Positions 34,488 through 44,174 of a stretch of 64,000 nucleotides of DNA are shown one piece after another (position 1 is the stretch's first letter; each line of letters starts with the position of its first letter). Where the stretch lies: assembly GCA_964586025.1 (NCBI GenBank), contig CAZPGF010000003.1, positions 10,032-74,031 of the forward strand, given 5' to 3'. Position numbers and translations under genes: made by a program. A model generated the notes under the pieces. That model worked only from the letters and a program-made list of their open reading frames with translations, was not told the DNA's origin and did no database searches. The DNA comes from an uncultured Planctomycetales bacterium (GTDB lineage: Bacteria; Planctomycetota; PLA2; JAEUHO01).

Positions 34488-35407
34488 CTCGTCAGGTACT
34501 CGAAGACCGCTTCCAGCGACTCGTCCACCGGCTCGGCCGCGAGGATGCGCGGCGCGTTCTCTTCCGCCGCGATCGCCCCGAGCGCGTCGAAGAGATCGTT
34601 GGGTCGGGAGGTCCGCACCTGCAGCAAGTCGTCGTGGCGGCGCACCTCCTCGACCCCGGCGAGAGCGATCAGGCGGGGCGCGAGCGCCTCCGGTGCAGCC
34701 GTGGCGATGCGCACCGTCAGCGGCACCTCGGCCAACTCGGCTCGCAGGTCGCGAGCACTCCCGTCGGCCAACACGCGACCGCGTTGCATCACCACGATGC
34801 GCTCCGCGACGGACTCGACCTCGTGGAGGATGTGGCTGCTGACGACGACGCAGCGACCCTCCGCCCCGAGGCCGCGGATCGTGTCGGCGAAATCGCGGCG
34901 CGACGGCGGATCGAGGCCGTTCATCGGCTCGTCGAGGACCACGACCGAAGGTGCGTGCGCGATCGCCTGGGCGAGCTTGAAGCGCTGGCGCATGCCCTTG
35001 CTGTACTTGGAGACGGAACGGTTCGCCGCGGCGGAGAGACCGACCCGTTCGAGGGTTCGCGTCGCCAGCGTCGCGGCGTGCGGCGCCCGGTAGCCCTGGA
35101 GGCGATTCAGGTAGGTCAGGTACGAGTGCGCGGACTGTCCCGACGGCGCGGCGTCCTGTTCGGGGCAGAGGCCGACGTCGCGTTGGATCGAACGGTTCGT
35201 GAACGGATCGCGACCATGGACCCGGATCGTGCCGATCTCGGGCCGGAGGAAACCGCAGATCAGCTTGAGCAGCGTGCTCTTGCCGGCGCCGTTGGGGCCG
35301 AGGAGCCCGGTCACGCCGGGGCCGAACGTCAGCGAGACCTCGTTGACGCCGAGCACTTCGCCGTACCAGCGACTGACCCGGTCGAGCACGATCGCGGGTT
35401 CGCTCAC
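34484..35407 (-). CDS. ABC transporter ATP-binding protein
   Basis: Walker A GPNGAGKST, signature SKGMRQRFKLA, Walker B VVVLDEP. GTG start 35407 set by frame arithmetic; overlaps the stop of the upstream permease. Confidence 0.88.
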   Translation of the reverse strand: MSEPAIVLDRVSRWYGEVLGVNEVSLTFGPGVTGLLGPNGAGKSTLLKLICGFLRPEIGTIRVHGRDPFTNRSIQRDVGLCPEQDAAPSGQSAHSYLTYLNRLQGYRAPHAATLATRTLERVGLSAAANRSVSKYSKGMRQRFKLAQAIAHAPSVVVLDEPMNGLDPPSRRDFADTIRGLGAEGRCVVVSSHILHEVESVAERIVVMQRGRVLADGSARDLRAELAEVPLTVRIATAAPEALAPRLIALAGVEEVRRHDDLLQVRTSRPNDLFDALGAIAAEENAPRILAAEPVDESLEAVFEYLTR

Positions 35408-36303
35408 TCGGTCACCTCCGTCGAGCGCGTCCGCCACCAGACGCAGAAGACGCCGAGCGCGAACAGGCCGATCGCCACGATCTGGATGTGGGTCGGATCC
35501 GGCTGCCATCGCCGTGCCCAACCCATCGTCCCCTCCATCGACCGCCACGGACGCAACGCGTTGCGCGGGATCCCGAGCGCGAAGAGGAACGAGTCGCTCT
35601 CGCCCGTTCCCCGTCGCACCGCCGCCGAGAGGATCGACCCGACGATCACGCCGCCGAGGCCCGACACCATGGCCATCCCGCTGCGTTGGGTGAACGACGA
35701 CGCGATCAGCATCACGCCGGTCATCGACACCGCGAGCACGAGGTAGGTGATGCCCACCCGCTCGGGAAACGCGAGCGTTTCGCGGAAGTAGGTCATCGTC
35801 TGGCCCGGCTCCTGCCACAGTCCCACGATCGTCCACATCGCAAGCCCCGGAAGGAGCGCGACCGGAACGAGAGCGAGAGGCACGACCAGCGCCTTGCCGA
35901 GGAGGTAGTCCGGTCGCCGAATCGGCCGGGCGAGGTAGAGGCCCAGCGCCTTGCTGCGCAGGTCGCTCGCGACGAGCCCCGCGCCGATGAAGATGGCCGT
36001 CACGCACACGAGGAACACCGTGCCCTCGTAGTAGCCGCGGGCGACCTGATCGAGTTGCGTGCGGCTGCGCTCGGCGAAGCTTCGGGCGGGACCGCCGAAC
36101 ACCGCCAACGTCTCCTCGGCCGAGAGCGCGACGAGCAGACCGATCATCGTGCCGCCGAACACCAGCAGCTGCAGCAGACCGATCAGGCGGACCGCGATCG
36201 AGCGCCATGCCTGACCGGCGCCCTGCCTCGCGATCACCCATGCGGCCGGCGTGTGGGACCGTGCCCCCTCGTATCGCCGATAGCCCTTGCGGAAGATCGC
36301 CAT
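35404..36303 (-). CDS. ABC-2 type transporter permease
   Basis: Multi-TM ABC-2 permease-like; paired with the ATPase at 36303..37274. Confidence 0.75.
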   Translation of the reverse strand: MAIFRKGYRRYEGARSHTPAAWVIARQGAGQAWRSIAVRLIGLLQLLVFGGTMIGLLVALSAEETLAVFGGPARSFAERSRTQLDQVARGYYEGTVFLVCVTAIFIGAGLVASDLRSKALGLYLARPIRRPDYLLGKALVVPLALVPVALLPGLAMWTIVGLWQEPGQTMTYFRETLAFPERVGITYLVLAVSMTGVMLIASSFTQRSGMAMVSGLGGVIVGSILSAAVRRGTGESDSFLFALGIPRNALRPWRSMEGTMGWARRWQPDPTHIQIVAIGLFALGVFCVWWRTRSTEVTE

Positions 36304-37274
36304 CAGGCCGCTGCCTCGCGGTCGCCGAGCAACCGCAGGAACACGTCCTCGAGCGTGTCGGCGAGGGGCATCACCCGCCGCACGCGCACGCCGGCGTGGT
36401 GGCAGATCGCGAGCAGGTGGCCGGCCTCGAGGTCACGCGGGCCCACGACCTCGAACATCGACCGTTCGGACACCAGGGTCGACGAGGCCTGACGCTCGGT
36501 GCGCCGAAGGCGGAGTTCGCTTCCCTCCAGCCCGCCGACAACCGCTTCGAGCGCCCGTCCGTCGCCTTCGATGTCGATGCGGAAGCGTCCCTCCCGAGCC
36601 AGCAGGTCGTCCATGCGGAAAAGGCCGCGACTGCGTCCGCGATGCAGCACGACGACCTGCTCGGCGACCCGCTGCACGTCCGGCAGGAGGTGAGATGACC
36701 ACAGGATGTGCTTGCCGTGCCGCACCGCGAGATCGTGGATCAGGTCACGGACTTCCTTGCGCCCGTCGGGATCGAGACCCGACAGGGGCTCGTCCAGGAA
36801 CAACAGGTCCGGGTCGTGGACGATCGCCTGCGCCAGCTTGAAGCGCTGTCGCATGCCGGTCGAGTAGCCGTCGACCTTGCGATAGATCGCCTCGCCCAAG
36901 CCGACGTGGGCCAGCACCTCGTGCGCGCGGCGAAGGCTCTCCCGGCGTGGCAGGCCCGAGAGTTGGGCGAGATAGCGGACGGCGCGCAGGCCGGTCAGGC
37001 CGAACAGATACGCGTCGAGTTCGGGCATGAACCCGACGCGGCGGCGGATCTCGCGACGCTTGCGACGCGCGTCGAGGCCGAGCACCTCCGCCTCGCCCCG
37101 GTAGTCGGGCAAGAGGCCGAGGACGCATTGGAGGAACGTCGACTTGCCGGCGCCGTTCGGGCCCAGCAGGCCGGTGATGCCCGGCGGCACCTCGAGCGTG
37201 ACGTCGTCGAGGGCGGGCGGTTGCCCGCCGTACGACTTCGTCAGTCCGCGCGCGCGGAGTACCGCCTCGCTCAC
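36303..37274 (-). CDS. ABC transporter ATP-binding protein
   Basis: GPNGAGKST, STGMRQRFKLA, LLFLDEP. GTG 37274 preceded by GGGAGGAG, set by frame arithmetic; GTGA overlap with the upstream gene's stop. Confidence 0.88.
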   Translation of the reverse strand: MSEAVLRARGLTKSYGGQPPALDDVTLEVPPGITGLLGPNGAGKSTFLQCVLGLLPDYRGEAEVLGLDARRKRREIRRRVGFMPELDAYLFGLTGLRAVRYLAQLSGLPRRESLRRAHEVLAHVGLGEAIYRKVDGYSTGMRQRFKLAQAIVHDPDLLFLDEPLSGLDPDGRKEVRDLIHDLAVRHGKHILWSSHLLPDVQRVAEQVVVLHRGRSRGLFRMDDLLAREGRFRIDIEGDGRALEAVVGGLEGSELRLRRTERQASSTLVSERSMFEVVGPRDLEAGHLLAICHHAGVRVRRVMPLADTLEDVFLRLLGDREAAA

Positions 37275-38158
37275 GTCGCCGTCTCCTCCCGTCCGCCCCG
37301 GTCTTGGGATGCGGCCGCCTCGTCGCTCTCGAACCGCTGCCGGAAGCGTTCGAGGATACCGCTGGCGGTCTCCTCGATCGCGCGTTGGCTCACGTCGACC
37401 ACCGTCCACTCGGGATGGGCGTCGAAGAGGCGCTGCGCGTACTGGATCTCCCGGCGAATCTGGCGCAGGTCGCCGTACCCCGCGTCCGGGCTCATGCCGA
37501 GCGCCTGCATCCGCGCGCGACGGATGTTCATCAGCGTGACCGCGTCGGTCATCAGACCGAACACGCGTCGAGGATCGACCTGATCGAGTTCGGCCGGCAG
37601 GGGCAGGTCCAGGACGATCGGCACGTTGGCAACCTTGTAGCCGCGATGCGCGATGTACGCGCCGAGCGGCGTCTTCGACGTGCGACTGATCCCGAGCAGC
37701 ACGAGGTCGGCCTTCTTCAGGTTGCCCGGGTTCTTCCCGTCGTCGTTGTAGACGGCGAACTCGATCGCTTCGATGCGCTTGAAGTACTCCGCGTCGAGTT
37801 CGTGACCGAGGCCGGGAACGTTGCGCGCACGCCGCCCGAGTTGGGTCGCCAGGCGGCCGATCAACCCGCCGAGCAGGTCGTGTGCGACGACATCGTATTC
37901 CTCCGCCATGGCCTGAAGCCGCGCGCGCAGGTCACCACCGACGAGCGTGTACGCGATCAGCGCGCCGTGCGCGACCGCATCCCGAACACAGCGTTCGAGG
38001 GTGGCCTCGTCCCGGACATGGGGGATCACCCGGACGGCGCCCTCCGGGAACTGTCCGAACTGGGCGAGCGCGGCGCGGCAGCACTGCTCGGCGGTCTCGC
38101 CCGTCGAGTCGCTGATCGCCATCACGAGCGGAACCCGATTCACGCGGGGTCGTTCCAC
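37271..38158 (-). CDS. Putative PEP-synthase regulatory kinase/pyrophosphorylase (PSRP, DUF299 family)
   Basis: PLVMAISDSTGETAE...HVRDEATLERC...LLGISRTSKTPLGAYIAHRGYKVANVP. True start may be an internal GTG near VPLVMAIS. Confidence 0.8.
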   Translation of the reverse strand: MERPRVNRVPLVMAISDSTGETAEQCCRAALAQFGQFPEGAVRVIPHVRDEATLERCVRDAVAHGALIAYTLVGGDLRARLQAMAEEYDVVAHDLLGGLIGRLATQLGRRARNVPGLGHELDAEYFKRIEAIEFAVYNDDGKNPGNLKKADLVLLGISRTSKTPLGAYIAHRGYKVANVPIVLDLPLPAELDQVDPRRVFGLMTDAVTLMNIRRARMQALGMSPDAGYGDLRQIRREIQYAQRLFDAHPEWTVVDVSQRAIEETASGILERFRQRFESDEAAASQDRGGREETAT

Positions 38159-38607
38159 GGCGGAGCGGAGGCGACTCCCGCGGGATCGTCCGGCGTGCCC
38201 ACCCAGACCGCGCCGTCCTCGAAGTGCTCCTTCTTCCAGATCGGAACGTCCCGCTTCAGGCGGACGATGAACTCGTCGATCGCCGCGAGGGCGGCGGTGC
38301 GATGGGGGGCCGAGGCGGCGACGACGACGGCGACCTCACCCGGCTCGAGGCGACCCGTGCGATGGCACGCGGCGAGACCGACGAGGCCGTGGCGCCGGAC
38401 GAGCTCATCCCCGTGCTCGGCCATGCGGCGCACGGCCATCGGCGCGTAGGCCTCGTACTCCAGGTGGGTCACCCGGCGACCGGCGGTGTGGGCGCGCACG
38501 GTGCCGTGGAACGTCACGACCGCGCCGGCATCGGGGGAGGCGACGCGTGCCAGGACCGCGGCGGCGTCGATCGGCGTCGAGACGACGGCGAAGGCATGGC
38601 CTGGCAT
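38140..38607 (-). CDS. moaE: Molybdopterin synthase catalytic subunit
   Basis: AGAVVTFHGTVRAH...HLEYEAYAPMA...DEFIVRLKRDVPIWKKEHF. Start set by frame arithmetic. Confidence 0.88.
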   Translation of the reverse strand: MPGHAFAVVSTPIDAAAVLARVASPDAGAVVTFHGTVRAHTAGRRVTHLEYEAYAPMAVRRMAEHGDELVRRHGLVGLAACHRTGRLEPGEVAVVVAASAPHRTAALAAIDEFIVRLKRDVPIWKKEHFEDGAVWVGTPDDPAGVASAPPWNDPA

Positions 38608-38639
38608 GCCGGGACGTCGGGGGGCGGTGCGCGGCACGA

Positions 38640-38885
38640 CTAGCCTCCCCCGACCGGGGGGATCAGCGCGAGCGTCGCATCGGGCGCGAGGGGCTCCTCG
38701 GGACCGGCGAACCGCTCGTCGAGCGCGACGCGGGCGCGACGCGCGACCGGAGCGAGTCGGGGATGGCGCACGACGATCGCCGCCACGGCGTCGGCGACGG
38801 TCGCCCCCGGTTTTAGGTCGATGTCGTCCGCGTCGCAACGCGCGGCCTCGCGGGCCTCGGCGAAGTAGCGAACGTGGATGCGCAT
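38640..38885 (-). CDS. moaD: Molybdopterin synthase sulfur-carrier subunit (MoaD/ThiS-like, C-terminal GG)
   Basis: 81 aa, MRIHVRYFAEAREAA...ALIPPVGGG, located directly upstream of moaE. Confidence 0.8.
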   Translation of the reverse strand: MRIHVRYFAEAREAARCDADDIDLKPGATVADAVAAIVVRHPRLAPVARRARVALDERFAGPEEPLAPDATLALIPPVGGG

Positions 38886-38896
38886 GGAGCGGGAGT

Positions 38897-39889
38897 CTAC
38901 CCGGACCGGGTCGCCGCGGAGGGAGGCGCCGGAGGGGTCCACGGGGTGTGGGGCACCCGGTTGCGCACGAACCAGTCGAAGAGGAGGCCTCCGTAGGTGC
39001 GGGGTCGGATGCCCCGGGCGGCGAAGAACGGATCGAGGAGCTTGCGCAGGCGCGGCAGGCGATAGAAGGGAACGCGGGGGAAGTAGTGGTGCTCCAGGTG
39101 GTAGTTCGCGTGCAGGAAGAGGAAATCCCACGTCCAGGGCGAGCGGACGAGCAGCGTCCCCCAATGGGCCGGATCGGCGGGATCGATGTCGTAGTGCTGC
39201 CCGAGCCGGTTGAGGGTGAACGCGATCGGGAACACGACGAACACCGGAATCACGTGGATCCACGCCGCCGCGGCCGGTCCGAGTCCCACCAGGAGCCCGC
39301 CGAGCGTGGCGAGATGGAAGCCGATCGACACGCGGCGCTCCCGAGCGATTCGTCGCCGGAGTTCGGGCTCGTAGCGCTCCGCCGCCAGGCGCGCCGCGCG
39401 GAAGTAGATCGGGAACAACGCCGGCGTCATGTAGAGGAACTTCACACGCCGCGTGACGACCTTCGGCGTCAGATGAGCGCGCTTCGGGTCCTCGGTCGTC
39501 GAACCGAGGCAGTCGTGGTGGTCGAGATGCCATCGCGTGAACTGGGCCTGGCTGATGCCGCTCGGGATCGCGTAGACGTGCGCGAGGATCCGCTCGGTGC
39601 GGTTCGTCCGCGAGCCCGTGACGAGGCCGTGCAGGACCTCGTGCAGCAGCACCGTGAAACCGAAGACGAGGAAGCCGATCAGGATCGACGCGGGGACCGT
39701 CACGAACCACCGGTCGGGATGGAGCGCGATGGCCAGCGCGGCGACCGCGAGCAGAAGGACGTGACGCGCCGCCACCAGCGCGTGGCGGCCCGGCGACAAC
39801 CGGTGCAACGCCCGCACCGCGTCCGTGTCGATCGCGGCCGAGAGGTCGGAGCGAAACGACTTGGCGGCGAGGTCCCATGTCGAGGCCAT
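38897..39889 (-). CDS. Membrane fatty-acid desaturase family protein
   Basis: Three His boxes HEVLHG, HLDHH, HLEHH and multiple TM segments. Confidence 0.85.
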   Translation of the reverse strand: MASTWDLAAKSFRSDLSAAIDTDAVRALHRLSPGRHALVAARHVLLLAVAALAIALHPDRWFVTVPASILIGFLVFGFTVLLHEVLHGLVTGSRTNRTERILAHVYAIPSGISQAQFTRWHLDHHDCLGSTTEDPKRAHLTPKVVTRRVKFLYMTPALFPIYFRAARLAAERYEPELRRRIARERRVSIGFHLATLGGLLVGLGPAAAAWIHVIPVFVVFPIAFTLNRLGQHYDIDPADPAHWGTLLVRSPWTWDFLFLHANYHLEHHYFPRVPFYRLPRLRKLLDPFFAARGIRPRTYGGLLFDWFVRNRVPHTPWTPPAPPSAATRSG

Positions 39890-39938
39890 GGCCGCAGCGT
39901 ACGCCGGAGTCGTCCCGTGCCGAGGCCCGACCCGGACG

Positions 39939-40700
39939 TCAGGGGCCGCGCGGGTCGCCGACGAACCGCCGGCCGAGCAGTCGCAGGGTCGTCCACGCGG
40001 TGCGCGCGAGTTTCATCTTGCTCGCCCCCTGCTTGCGGTCGTACCGCAGGGTGAGCGGAACCTCCTCGATGCGCTGCGCGGCGCGCCGCAGTTTCAGCAG
40101 GAGATCGACCATCACGCTGAAGCCGCGCTGATTCAGGAACTCCGCGCCGTACCGCCGTGCTCCCCAGCGCAGCAGGCCGACGCGGTACGCGCGGTAGCCG
40201 CAAGTGTAGTCGCGCGCCCCCGGAAACAGGACGCGCAGGAGCCACGACGCGGCGAACGACACGAAGCGCCGGAGCGGGTCCAGTCCGTGGATCGAGGCCC
40301 CCGGCTGGAATCGCGACGCGATGACGACGTCGGCGCCCGCGCGGACGCGGTCGAGCATCGCGGGCATCGACTCGGGCGGGTGGGTGTGGTCCGCGTCCAT
40401 CGCGAACAGCACGTCGTCGTCGTGCGCGTGCTCGAGCACGTACTCGATGCCGGTCCTCATCGCGGCACCGAGTCCGCGGTTCACGCCATGCGGCAGGGCG
40501 ACGACCTCCAGGCCCGGACGGGGTGCGCGCGCGACCGCGAGCGTTCCGTCGCGGCTGCCGTCGTCGACGACGACCACCGTCAGGCGAGGCGCGGGAGCGG
40601 GCCAGGTGCGGGCGACCTCGCGAACGTCGTCGAGCAGCGGGCCCAGGTTCCCCTCTTCGTCGTACGCCGGAAGCAGCAGGTAGACCCGCCCGCCGATCAT
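39939..40700 (-). CDS. Family 2 glycosyltransferase (Dpm1/polyprenyl-phosphate sugar transferase-like)
   Basis: LLPAYDEEGNL...VVVVDDGSRDGT...MDADHTHPPE, GT2 core. Confidence 0.85.
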   Translation of the reverse strand: MIGGRVYLLLPAYDEEGNLGPLLDDVREVARTWPAPAPRLTVVVVDDGSRDGTLAVARAPRPGLEVVALPHGVNRGLGAAMRTGIEYVLEHAHDDDVLFAMDADHTHPPESMPAMLDRVRAGADVVIASRFQPGASIHGLDPLRRFVSFAASWLLRVLFPGARDYTCGYRAYRVGLLRWGARRYGAEFLNQRGFSVMVDLLLKLRRAAQRIEEVPLTLRYDRKQGASKMKLARTAWTTLRLLGRRFVGDPRGP

Positions 40701-41854
40701 CGGTGCGGACCCGCCGTCACGGTGCCGGACGGGGCCACGAACGGCTCGGGCGTCTCGCCGCGGAGCGCCGCGACGATCCGCTCGCTCGCGCGACCGTCGC
40801 CGAACAGGAGGCGCGGCACGCGGAACGACGCGGCGCTCGCCGGGTCGGCGAGCCAGCGATCGGCGAGCGAGAGGATTCGCGCCGGGTCCGTGCCGACGAG
40901 CACGCCGGCGCCTCCCGCGACGACCTCGGGGCGCTCGGTCACCTCACGGAGGATCAGGACGGGCGTTCCGAGTGCGGGAGCCTCCTCCTGGATGCCGCCG
41001 CTGTCGGTGAACGCGAACTCGGCGCGATCGAGCAGCCAGACGAGGTCCGGGTACGGCAACGGCTCCACGAGATCGATGTTCGCGGCCCGCAGGGTCGCGT
41101 GCGCCGGTCCGTGGACGGCCGGGTTCGGATGCACCGGATAGACGAAGCGGACGTCGGGATGGCGGGCGGCGAGTTCGGAGAGGGCCGCGAGGATGCCGCG
41201 AAACGGCGCGCCGAACGACTCGCGACGATGCAGCGTGACGAGCACGAGGCGCGGGGCCTCACCGAAGCGCTCGCGAACGTCGAGGTCCAGCCGGTCGAGG
41301 CGCGCGCGCATCGCGAACAGCGCATCGATCGCGGTGTTTCCGACGACCCAACGACGCTCCGCCGGGATGCCCTCGGCGGCGAGCGCCTCGTCCGCCGAGC
41401 GGGTCGGGGGATAGAGGTACGACGCGAGGCGATCGATGACGACCCGGTTCATCTCCTCGGGGAACGGGCTGTCCATCCGACCCGAACGCAAACCCGCCTC
41501 GACGTGGGCGATGGGCAAGCGCTCGTGGAACGCGGCCAGCGCCGCACCGAGCGCCGAGGTCGTGTCGCCCTGGACCACCACGAGGTCGGCACCGGTCTCG
41601 CGGAACAGCGCGGGCGACCGTTCGAGAAGGCGCGCCGCGACGTCGTTCGGCGTCTGCCCGGGCCGCATCAGGTCGAGATCGAGGTCGGGCTCGAGGCCGA
41701 ACGCGGCGAGCACCTGGTCGAGCAGTCCCCGGTGCTGGCCGGTGACCGCGACCACCGTGCGGAGCCCGCTGGCGACGCTGCGGAGGGCGCTCGCCAGCGG
41801 CGCCATCTTGATGGCCTCCGGGCGCGTTCCGAACACGAGGAGAGCGGTGTTCAT
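40697..41854 (-). CDS. wecB: UDP-N-acetylglucosamine 2-epimerase (non-hydrolysing)
   Basis: LLVFGTRPEAIKMAPL...VQGDTTSALGAALAAF...HVEAGLRS...TDSGGIQEEAPALGTPVL. Start set by frame arithmetic; overlaps the GT2 start. Confidence 0.9.
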   Translation of the reverse strand: MNTALLVFGTRPEAIKMAPLASALRSVASGLRTVVAVTGQHRGLLDQVLAAFGLEPDLDLDLMRPGQTPNDVAARLLERSPALFRETGADLVVVQGDTTSALGAALAAFHERLPIAHVEAGLRSGRMDSPFPEEMNRVVIDRLASYLYPPTRSADEALAAEGIPAERRWVVGNTAIDALFAMRARLDRLDLDVRERFGEAPRLVLVTLHRRESFGAPFRGILAALSELAARHPDVRFVYPVHPNPAVHGPAHATLRAANIDLVEPLPYPDLVWLLDRAEFAFTDSGGIQEEAPALGTPVLILREVTERPEVVAGGAGVLVGTDPARILSLADRWLADPASAASFRVPRLLFGDGRASERIVAALRGETPEPFVAPSGTVTAGPHR

Positions 41855-41930
41855 GGGCGGGACAACGTACCCGGCGCATCCTGCGCGTAGGATTCCGCGC
41901 TCCGCCGACCGGACCGCTGCCCCGCCCGCG

Positions 41931-42758
41931 ATGTCGAACACCCCGACTCTCCCGACCGAGCCCGCCCCGACGGGCGCACCGCGCCTCGGGTTCTGGGCGC
42001 GGACGACCGACCGCGTCCACCGTTTCCTGCTGCGGGTCCTGTACCTGCTCGCCCCGATCGCGGCGACCGGCCTGGTGCTGTTGATCGTGTGGTGGCAGCG
42101 GGACTGGGACACCGTCCGACAGGTCACCTACGCGGGCGCCGCGAGCCTGTTCGGGTTGGGAACGAGCGTCGTCTTCGGCAAGGCGGTGCTCCACGACGCG
42201 AAGTGGCTGACCCTCAGCACGTGGGAACTCGCGTTCGTCGTGATGTGGGTGAACGCCGCCAGCTCGTACTTCTACACATGGAACTTCGATCTGCTCGAAC
42301 GCCTGCCGAAGATCGGAAGGGCCCTGCACGCCGCGCGCGAGGACGCGCGCCTCGCGCTCGATCATCGGCGCTGGATCCGTCGCCTGAGCACGATCGGCGT
42401 CGGCGCGTTCGTCATCAGTCCGCTGCCCGGATCGGGTTCGCTGGCCGGGTCCATCATGGGACAGATGATCGGACTCTCGCGCCGCGCGACCGCGCTGACG
42501 GTCACGTGCGCCGGAGCGATCGTCTGCGTGTCCTACGCGGTGCTCGCTCGGCGGGTCGAGGGATTGCTGAAGGCGGTGCCGTGGTGGGTCAATGCTGGCG
42601 GCGTGCTGATCCTGCTGATCTCGATCTGGTTCGTGATGCGCTGGATGCGCCGCACCGCCGCGCGGGTCGCCGAACAGGCGCGGCGCGAGCAGGCCGCCGC
42701 GGCGAGCGATCCCACGTCGCCGGCGCCCGATCCGAGCGTGCCGTCGTCCGTCACCTGA
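41931..42758 (+). CDS. Hypothetical integral membrane protein
   Basis: MSNTPTLPTEPAP... with 5-6 hydrophobic helices. Start set by frame arithmetic; the upstream part of the track ORF is antisense to wecB. Confidence 0.55.
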   Translation: MSNTPTLPTEPAPTGAPRLGFWARTTDRVHRFLLRVLYLLAPIAATGLVLLIVWWQRDWDTVRQVTYAGAASLFGLGTSVVFGKAVLHDAKWLTLSTWELAFVVMWVNAASSYFYTWNFDLLERLPKIGRALHAAREDARLALDHRRWIRRLSTIGVGAFVISPLPGSGSLAGSIMGQMIGLSRRATALTVTCAGAIVCVSYAVLARRVEGLLKAVPWWVNAGGVLILLISIWFVMRWMRRTAARVAEQARREQAAAASDPTSPAPDPSVPSSVT

Positions 42759-43887
42759 CGGTCGCCGCGTCGGCCTGTTGCTCGGCGATCCAGGCGTCGA
42801 TCTCGCGGCGGAGTTCGACGACGAGGTCGGCCTCGTCCACCTTGCGGATCATCCGACTGCCGCGGTAGATGAAGCCGAAGCCGCGTCCGGCGCTGATCGA
42901 GACGTCCGCCTCGGCGGCCTCGCCCGGTCCGTTCACGATGCAGCCCATCACCGCGACGCGGCAGGGATAGGTCAGGCCCTTCGTGGCCTCCTCGACCAGT
43001 TTGGTCAATCCGATCAGGTCCACCTCGGCGCGGCCGCAGGACGGGCACGCGTACACGTCGAACGTCGGTTGGCGAAGACCCAACTGCTGGAGCAGCATGT
43101 GGCCGACCTTCACCTCGTCGCGGTTGTCGCCCGTGATTGAGATGCGGATCGTGTCGCCGATCCCCTCCGTCAACAGGATCCCGAGCGCCGCGCTGCTCTT
43201 GATCGTCGCGGGGAGCAGGCTCCCGGCGTGGGTCACGCCGAGGTGCAGGGGATAGTCGCAGACGGCCGCGAGCCGGCGATTCGCCTCGACGGTCAGTTCG
43301 ATCGTGTGCGCCTTGATCGAGATCACGGTGTCGTGGAAGTCGAGCGACTCGAGGATTTCGACATGATGCAGGGCCTCGCGCACGCACAGATCGACGATGT
43401 CCTCGTCGTCGTCGACGACGGAGAGCCCCTTGCGCTCACGGATCGATCCGCTGTTGACGCCGATGCGCATCGCGACGCCCCGATCGCGCGCCGCGCGGAC
43501 GACCCTCTCGACCTCGTCGCGGCGTCCGATGTTGCCGGGATTGATCCGCACCTTGTCGACGCCCTGTGCGATCGCCTCCAGGGCGAGCGGCGCCGAGAAG
43601 TGGATGTCGGCGACCACGGGGATCGTCACGCGACGCTTGATCTCCCCGAGCGCCTGGGCCTGCTTCATCGACGGCACGCTTAGGCGGACGAGTTCGCACC
43701 CGGTCGCTTCGAGGCCGATGATCTCGTCGAAGGTCTTGTGGACATCGGCGGTGTCGCCCTTCGTCATCGTCTGGACGCGAATCGGGTGGGCCGACCCGAG
43801 TTCGAGGTGACCCACGCGAACCGAGCGCGTGGTGCGGCGAGGTCGGAGGAAGCTCATCGGCGGCATCGTAATCGTTCCGCGAGTCAC
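42751..43887 (-). CDS. ispG: 4-hydroxy-3-methylbut-2-enyl diphosphate synthase (GcpE)
   Basis: VQTMTKGDTADV...GCELVRLSVP...INPGNIG... and C-terminal CPSCGR / GCIVNGPGE Fe-S motifs. Start may be the internal MPPMSF Met. Confidence 0.92.
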   Translation of the reverse strand: MTRGTITMPPMSFLRPRRTTRSVRVGHLELGSAHPIRVQTMTKGDTADVHKTFDEIIGLEATGCELVRLSVPSMKQAQALGEIKRRVTIPVVADIHFSAPLALEAIAQGVDKVRINPGNIGRRDEVERVVRAARDRGVAMRIGVNSGSIRERKGLSVVDDDEDIVDLCVREALHHVEILESLDFHDTVISIKAHTIELTVEANRRLAAVCDYPLHLGVTHAGSLLPATIKSSAALGILLTEGIGDTIRISITGDNRDEVKVGHMLLQQLGLRQPTFDVYACPSCGRAEVDLIGLTKLVEEATKGLTYPCRVAVMGCIVNGPGEAAEADVSISAGRGFGFIYRGSRMIRKVDEADLVVELRREIDAWIAEQQADAATVR

Positions 43888-43894
43888 TGACCCA

Positions 43895-44050
43895 ACGGAG
43901 GAGCGCCTTCGGGGATCGGGGCGATCGGCGCGCCGTGCGGGGCCCGTGCGGACGACCGCCGATTGCCCGCCACGGCGAGTTCCCGCTCCCCGGCCGCGAA
44001 CCCGGTCCGGCGGTGAACTCGAACGATCGGCATCTCGTCGGCGCTCGGGA
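43895..44050 (+). repeat. Copy c3 of repeat family E (plus orientation, 5'-truncated and diverged)
   Basis: ...ggggatcggggcgatcgg...ccacggcgagttcccgctccccggccgcgaacccggtccggcggtgaactcgaacgatcggca, alignable to c2. Lies in the ispG/tetR divergent intergenic region. Confidence 0.7.
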
Positions 44051-44174
44051 TGGTCGTCGGAGGCGCGGGCGAGGACTCGCCGCGGAGCCCCACCTTGACC
44101 CGTCGTGCGTGCGGCCTACCGTCGGGGCGCGGGGGACCGCGTCGTCGATCGCGACCCTTCCCGACGGAGGCGTC

